DNA of 64,000 bases from Clostridia bacterium (GTDB lineage Bacteria > Bacillota > Clostridia > TANB77 > UBA1234): contig JAFTQC010000032.1 in NCBI GenBank assembly GCA_017462965.1, forward strand, positions 138,026 to 202,025. Direction: 5' to 3'. The notes under the pieces were generated by a model that ran no database searches, had not been told where the DNA came from, and was given only the letters and a program-made list of their open reading frames with translations. Below are positions 59,509 through 64,000 of this stretch, in pieces (position 1 is the stretch's first letter; every line of letters starts with the position of its first letter). Position numbers and translations under genes: made by a program.

Positions 59509-60945
59509 ATGAAAAATTATACTATGATGACTGATTTATATGAACTAACTATGGCACAGGCATATTTCAATTCAAATGAAAAAGAAAAAATTGCTATCTT
59601 TGATGCGTTCTTTAGAAGAGAACCTCTTGAATCTGGATATGGAATAATGGCCGGTTTAGATAATATCATTGAATATATAAACAACCTACACTTTACAGAA
59701 GAAAACATAGAATATTTAAAAAGCTTAAAAATATTTTCATTAGATTTCTTGGAATATTTGAAAAACTTTAAGTTTACAGGAGATATATATGCAGTTCCTG
59801 ATGGTACTCCGATTTTCAGAAATGAACCATTGCTTGTTGTTAAAGCGCCTTTAATTGAAGCTCAAATAATTGAAACTGCTGTATTATCTTTTTTAAATGC
59901 AAGTATCTGCTACACTACCGCTACAAAAAAAATTGTTGAAGCCGCTGGAGATATACCTGTTATGGAGTTTGGCGCTAGAAGAGCTTTTGGACCAGATGCT
60001 GCTATTGAAGCGAGTAAATGCAGTATAATAGCTGGTGCTGCAGGAACGAGTAATGTTTTAGCCGGTGAAAAATATAACATTCCTGTAATGGGTACAATGG
60101 CTCATAGTTTTATTACCGAAGCTGATTCTGAATATGAAGCATTTTTAAATTATGCTAAAGCTTTTCCTAATAATTGTATGCTTTTAGTAGACACATATGA
60201 TGTTTTAAAAAGTGGTGTTCCTAACGCAATAAAAGTAGCTAAGGACTATTTAATACCTAATGGATACAGATTAAAAGGTATTCGCATAGATTCTGGTGAT
60301 CTAGCCTATTTATCAAAGGAAAGTAAAAAATTACTTATAGATGCAGATATGGGTGATACAAAAATTTGTTTATCTAATGGTTTGAAAGCTGATACAATCA
60401 GATCATTAATAGACCAAGGAGCAATCATTGATTCTATTGGTGTTGGAGACAACATAGTAGCGCCAGATAACGGTAGAGTAGGGTGTGTATATAAAAATGT
60501 AGGTATGCTAACAAATAATAATATAATACCAAAAATAAAGTTAAGTGCAGATACAGAAAAGACAATCACACCAGGATTTAAAAAGCTATATAGATTTTAT
60601 GATAATAATACTGGATATGCGCTTGCAGATTTAATTGCATTACATGATGAAAAAATTCCAAATAATGAATATACATTAATAGATCCTGCTGATGAAACAA
60701 ATCAAACTAAAATATCAAATTATACAGTTAAAGAATTACTTGTAAAAATATTTGAAAATGGAAAATTAATTTATAATGATCCAAGTATCTATGAAAAGAA
60801 AAGATATTGCACAAATGAGATGAAAACATTATATCCAGAAATAAAGAGAGTAAATAAACCTCATAAATACTATGTTGATTTAAGTGAAGAATTATTAAAC
60901 ATGAAAAAAGATTTAATTAAAAGAATTAAAAAATCTATATATTAA
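59509..60945 (+). CDS. pncB: Nicotinate phosphoribosyltransferase.
   Basis: NAPRTase family pattern throughout the protein. Confidence 0.85.
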   Translation: MKNYTMMTDLYELTMAQAYFNSNEKEKIAIFDAFFRREPLESGYGIMAGLDNIIEYINNLHFTEENIEYLKSLKIFSLDFLEYLKNFKFTGDIYAVPDGTPIFRNEPLLVVKAPLIEAQIIETAVLSFLNASICYTTATKKIVEAAGDIPVMEFGARRAFGPDAAIEASKCSIIAGAAGTSNVLAGEKYNIPVMGTMAHSFITEADSEYEAFLNYAKAFPNNCMLLVDTYDVLKSGVPNAIKVAKDYLIPNGYRLKGIRIDSGDLAYLSKESKKLLIDADMGDTKICLSNGLKADTIRSLIDQGAIIDSIGVGDNIVAPDNGRVGCVYKNVGMLTNNNIIPKIKLSADTEKTITPGFKKLYRFYDNNTGYALADLIALHDEKIPNNEYTLIDPADETNQTKISNYTVKELLVKIFENGKLIYNDPSIYEKKRYCTNEMKTLYPEIKRVNKPHKYYVDLSEELLNMKKDLIKRIKKSIY

Positions 60946-60955
60946 AGTTAGGAAG

Positions 60956-60998
60956 ATAGGACTAAGATGAGAGATTCTTAGTCTTATTTTTGTATAAA
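60956..60998 (+). terminator. Rho-independent terminator of pncB (ggactaaga..tcttagtc plus a T-run).
   Basis: 8-bp stem followed by ttatttttg. Confidence 0.6.
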
Positions 60999-60999
60999 G

Positions 61000-61790
61000 A
61001 CATAGATTATTCATTGCACAAAATAAAAGTTTTGTGATAATTGCGCGTGCGTAAAACGGCTTAAAATCAATACTTACACAGAAACCGCTATGTTGGGCTA
61101 TATTACTAATAAACTTATTTATGGCAAGTAACAATATATTATAACATTGCACATATAGTTCCACTAAAATCTTATTATTTATTTGAGCTATTACAATTTT
61201 ATCTATATATAATTTTATTTTCAAAATTTAATTTTGTATCTTATATTTTAATATTTTTTTTATAAATTTATCTCAATTTGGTCTTTTTTATATTTAGCCG
61301 TATTTCGCCTGTTTTTTGACCTATAAAGAGATATTACCCTTGGTAAAAAAATCGATTTTAGGCGATTCTCGTGCGTCGTTTTTGGACGGTTTTTTCATAT
61401 ATAAATAAGATTAAAAACTTCATAAAATTATATATAAAAATATGATTTAAATTAAAAAATTAATCAATGATTTTATAAAATTATAATGACAAAACTAACT
61501 AATAAAATAATAATTTTAGAATCATAAAAATTTAAACTTAATTATTAAAAAATTATATAAATAAAATTATTAAGTAAAAAATAAAAAAGTGTTTTTATAA
61601 AAATTAAAGTTATATGTACACTTATTGCCTATCGAAAAAAATTTCATTAATAATATTAATATTATTGTAAAAATAAATTTTCAATTCAATATTTTGTGCA
61701 ATGTATGAGTGGAATCTATTTTATTTAATTTTTGAATAATTAACATTTTTTTGAATACACTAAATATAAATAAATTTTATGGAGGTAATT
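61000..61790. other. About 800 bp non-coding AT-rich spacer, locally near GC-free across about 61420-61700. It carries three copies of TTTTGTGCAATG (one inverted) and a GC-richer patch at about 61290-61410.
   Basis: No ORF of 60 aa or more on either strand. Motif copies at 61016-61027 (inverted), 61694-61705 and 62064-62075. Confidence 0.6.
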
Positions 61791-61792
61791 TT

Positions 61793-62011
61793 ATGAAAAC
61801 TTTATATAACTTATCATTAACTCTTGTTATTATTGGTGCTCTTAATTGGCTTCTTATAGGTCTTTTTGAGTTTGATTTAGTAGCATCTATTTTCGGAGAA
61901 ATGAGTGCTTTTAGTAGAATAATATATACTTTAGTTGGTGCAAGTGGAATTGTTTCTTTCGGTATTTATAAAGAAATAAATAGAGCTGGAAACAGAACAA
62001 TGTCTATGTAG
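61793..62011 (+). CDS. DUF378-family small membrane protein (YuzA-like).
   Basis: ALNWLLIGLFEFDLVASIFG motif. RBS ggaggt before the ATG at 61793. Confidence 0.7.
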   Translation: MKTLYNLSLTLVIIGALNWLLIGLFEFDLVASIFGEMSAFSRIIYTLVGASGIVSFGIYKEINRAGNRTMSM

Positions 62012-62142
62012 GTATTAAACTTCCTCTACTCTCCTCTCGACATTTCATATTGATTATTATTTTTTGTGCAATGTTTACTTTGTTTTTATTAAATGATATT
62101 ATTTATTTAGTATTATACTAATGAAAACACGGAGGGTGTAAA

Positions 62143-63138
62143 ATGTTTGATAATAAACTACCTAAACTATTAAGAGATTATTTGAATTATAGTTCTAATC
62201 TAAATAAATCTTCTAATACTATTAAAGAATATCAATATGATTTGGTAAACTTCCTAAAATATATGAAGTTGCAGTCACTTAATAATAGAAAAATGACAAT
62301 TGATGATATTGAAACTATTACTGATATAGACTCTAAATTTCTAAATAATGTTGATATTAATGATCTTTATGAGTATATGACTTATCTAAAAGACAAATGT
62401 AACGATTCAGCTGTAACACGTGCTCGAAAAGTTGCTAGCTTAAGAGGTTTTTTTAAATATTTACATGTTAAAGCTAGAGTTATCGATGATAATCCTGCAA
62501 AAGAATTAGAAAGTCCCAAATTAGGAAAACGATTGCCAAAGTTCTTAACTCTAGAACAAAGTACTTCGCTTCTAAATGGTGTTAAGAATGCTCCTCTTAC
62601 CGGTAAACAACATGATAATAGAATTAGAGATTATGCGATTATAACTTTGTTTTTAAATTGTGGTATGCGTCTTGCTGAATTAGTTGGAATTGATATAACT
62701 CATATTAAATTTGATGAAGCTTTGCTTACCGTTGTTGGAAAAGGTAATAAAGAAAGAACAATATATTTGAATAAAGCTGCACTATCAGCAATTAAGGAGT
62801 ATTTAGAGGTTCGCCCTACTGATGGAGTAATAGACAAAAATGCATTATTTTTAAGCGAACGTAAAACAAGAATTAGTAGAAGGACTGTTCAAAATCTAAT
62901 AAAAAACTATTTAAGAAATATTTGTGGACTTACAGAACATTATTCAACGCATAAGTTAAGACATACTGCAGCAACACTTATGTATCAATATGGTAATGTA
63001 GATATAAGAGCTCTTCAAGAAATATTAGGTCATGAAAGCATTGCAACCACTGAGATTTATACTCATGTTGATAATTCGCAAATACGTGAAGCTGTGGAGA
63101 ATAATCCTCTTGCTAATTATAATCCTAAAGAAAAATAG
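62143..63138 (+). CDS. Tyrosine site-specific recombinase of the XerC/XerD / phage-integrase family.
   Basis: Catalytic R...H..R...Y region: RHTAATLMYQYG..LGHESIATTEIYTHV. Confidence 0.8.
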   Translation: MFDNKLPKLLRDYLNYSSNLNKSSNTIKEYQYDLVNFLKYMKLQSLNNRKMTIDDIETITDIDSKFLNNVDINDLYEYMTYLKDKCNDSAVTRARKVASLRGFFKYLHVKARVIDDNPAKELESPKLGKRLPKFLTLEQSTSLLNGVKNAPLTGKQHDNRIRDYAIITLFLNCGMRLAELVGIDITHIKFDEALLTVVGKGNKERTIYLNKAALSAIKEYLEVRPTDGVIDKNALFLSERKTRISRRTVQNLIKNYLRNICGLTEHYSTHKLRHTAATLMYQYGNVDIRALQEILGHESIATTEIYTHVDNSQIREAVENNPLANYNPKEK

Positions 63139-63190
63139 TTAATAAATCATTATTGGTTAATGTAAAGCAGAAAACACTAACCAGTAATGA

Positions 63191-63466
63191 TTATTTTTTT
63201 ATAGGAATAATTAACTCTTGACCCTCATAGATAATCGATCCATTTAAATTATTTATTTCTTTTATATCATAAATGTTTTCACTTACGTCTCCATTAAGCT
63301 CTAAAGCTATTCCCCATAAAGTATCACCTTCAGAGACAGTAATTGTGTCATATTCAATTGGTGCAGCAGAAAACACCTTAGAAGTAGCCATGCTCAAAAA
63401 GAAAGAGAGTAAGCAAACAATTATAGATATTGATATTATAAATCTTGGAAAATTAACTATTTTCAT
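63191..63466 (-). CDS. LysM-domain protein with an N-terminal TM anchor (91 aa).
   Basis: LysM sequence ITVSEGDTLWGIALELNG...INNLNGSIIYEGQELIIP. RBS aaggagg. Confidence 0.7.
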   Translation of the reverse strand: MKIVNFPRFIISISIIVCLLSFFLSMATSKVFSAAPIEYDTITVSEGDTLWGIALELNGDVSENIYDIKEINNLNGSIIYEGQELIIPIKK

Positions 63467-63589
63467 AAAAAATACCTCCTTAGAACAGTTGTTCTTGTTA
63501 CATGTTTTATAATACACGAACATTTATTCTCTGTCAATCTTTTTTTGAAAAAATGCAAAAAAACGTTCTCATTTGTTTGCTATACCTAA

Positions 63590-63625
63590 TAAAAAACCAC
63601 GCACCATTTTGGTACGTGTTCTCTC
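63590..63625 (-). terminator. Hairpin (cacgcacc..ggtacgtg) plus T-run on the minus strand, 3' of the permease remnant.
   Basis: Minus-strand reading is gagaacacgtaccaaaatggtgcgtggtttttt. Confidence 0.5.
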
Positions 63626-63643
63626 CTCTTAATACAAGAATCT

Positions 63644-63770
63644 CTATATTTCTTTATTCTGTTCTAAGTGCTTCTACCGGATCTTTTTTACTTGCTATTC
63701 TAGCTGGAATTAACCCCTCAATCATAGTTAAAATCATGCTAACTAAAATTAGAATTATGCTAAAAATATA
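63644..63770 (-). pseudogene. C-terminal remnant (about 40 codons) of an FtsX/MacB-type ABC transporter permease. The upstream 90% of the gene is absent.
   Basis: Minus-strand translation ...VYIFSIILILVSMILTMIEGLIPARIASKKDPVEALRTE* matches the family C-terminal consensus PA.RAA..DPVEALR.E. There is no in-frame upstream continuation (stop after about 49 codons). Confidence 0.5.
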
Positions 63771-63868
63771 CACTTGTAAGATACTTGTCGTCTTAATTTT
63801 AATATAGTATAATTCCGTTTGTTAAGATACGTAATTATCAATTAGCCTTAAATAGGAGGTAAATTTAA

Positions 63869-64000
63869 TGATTAAAAAAATAATAATTATACTTCTAACC
63901 ATAATTATATGCATTGGAGTTTTTTACCATTTAAATATAAGAAATATCGATGTAGAAATAACAAATGAGGTTTTATCTGTTTCAGGTGATAACGAGTCAG
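63869..64000 (+). CDS. 3'-truncated hypothetical membrane-anchored protein that continues past the window end.
   Basis: RBS taggaggt before the ATG at 63869. Promoter TTGTCG-17-TATAAT at about 63793-63821. Confidence 0.5.

Noticed and set aside
60950-63870. Integrated prophage or ICE at the recombinase.
   Set aside because: Only a recombinase, a LysM protein and a DUF378 peptide are present. There are no structural, replication or transfer genes. An insertion or rearrangement scar is the more conservative reading.
1-64000. CRISPR arrays, rRNA or tRNA genes.
   Set aside because: No regularly spaced direct repeats with unique spacers and no cloverleaf or rRNA-like conserved blocks were found by eye. 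The abundant repeats are palindromic hairpins, not CRISPR repeats. A tRNAscan or infernal run would be needed to be definitive.

Overview
This 64 kb window is a chromosomal segment from a low-GC (about 27-30% GC by hand counts) Firmicutes/Clostridia-type genome. The backbone is housekeeping: mtaB, helD-like helicase, an SLH surface protein, nth, rpmB, recG, dnaG-sigA, an SH3b protein, comEC, a clpE-like ATPase, cca-argS, a UDPGP-family pyrophosphorylase, fba, a giant fused 2-hydroxyacyl-CoA-dehydratase/activase, a cwlD-like amidase, lepA, an rlmB-like methyltransferase, scpB, a serpin lipoprotein, a beta-helix surface protein, addB-addA, mreB, a vanW-like lipoprotein, pncB, a DUF378 peptide and a xerC/D-like recombinase. 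I found no rRNA, tRNA or CRISPR array. Five things sit on top of this backbone. (1) At least nine ORFs are compositional outliers at about 48-57% GC with CG-containing codons (cgc, cgg, ccg, gcg, tcg, acg) that the host genes avoid. Each has its own near-consensus sigma-A promoter and RBS. All are functionally unrecognisable except one metallophosphoesterase. (2) A pervasive family of GGGACG/CGTCCC-core palindromic intergenic repeats includes three full ~195 bp MITE-like elements with 28 bp terminal inverted repeats, one core-less copy and one core fragment. (3) An orphan McrB-type GTPase with an EVE/PUA-like N-domain has no McrC partner. (4) Two conserved genes, mtaB and a traX-family gene, carry apparent single-base frameshifts. 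(5) The 3' end has an ~800 bp near-GC-free spacer, a tyrosine recombinase, and the C-terminal remnant of an FtsX-type ABC permease, which looks like a rearrangement or insertion scar. All functional calls come from reading motifs in the translations; none were checked against databases.
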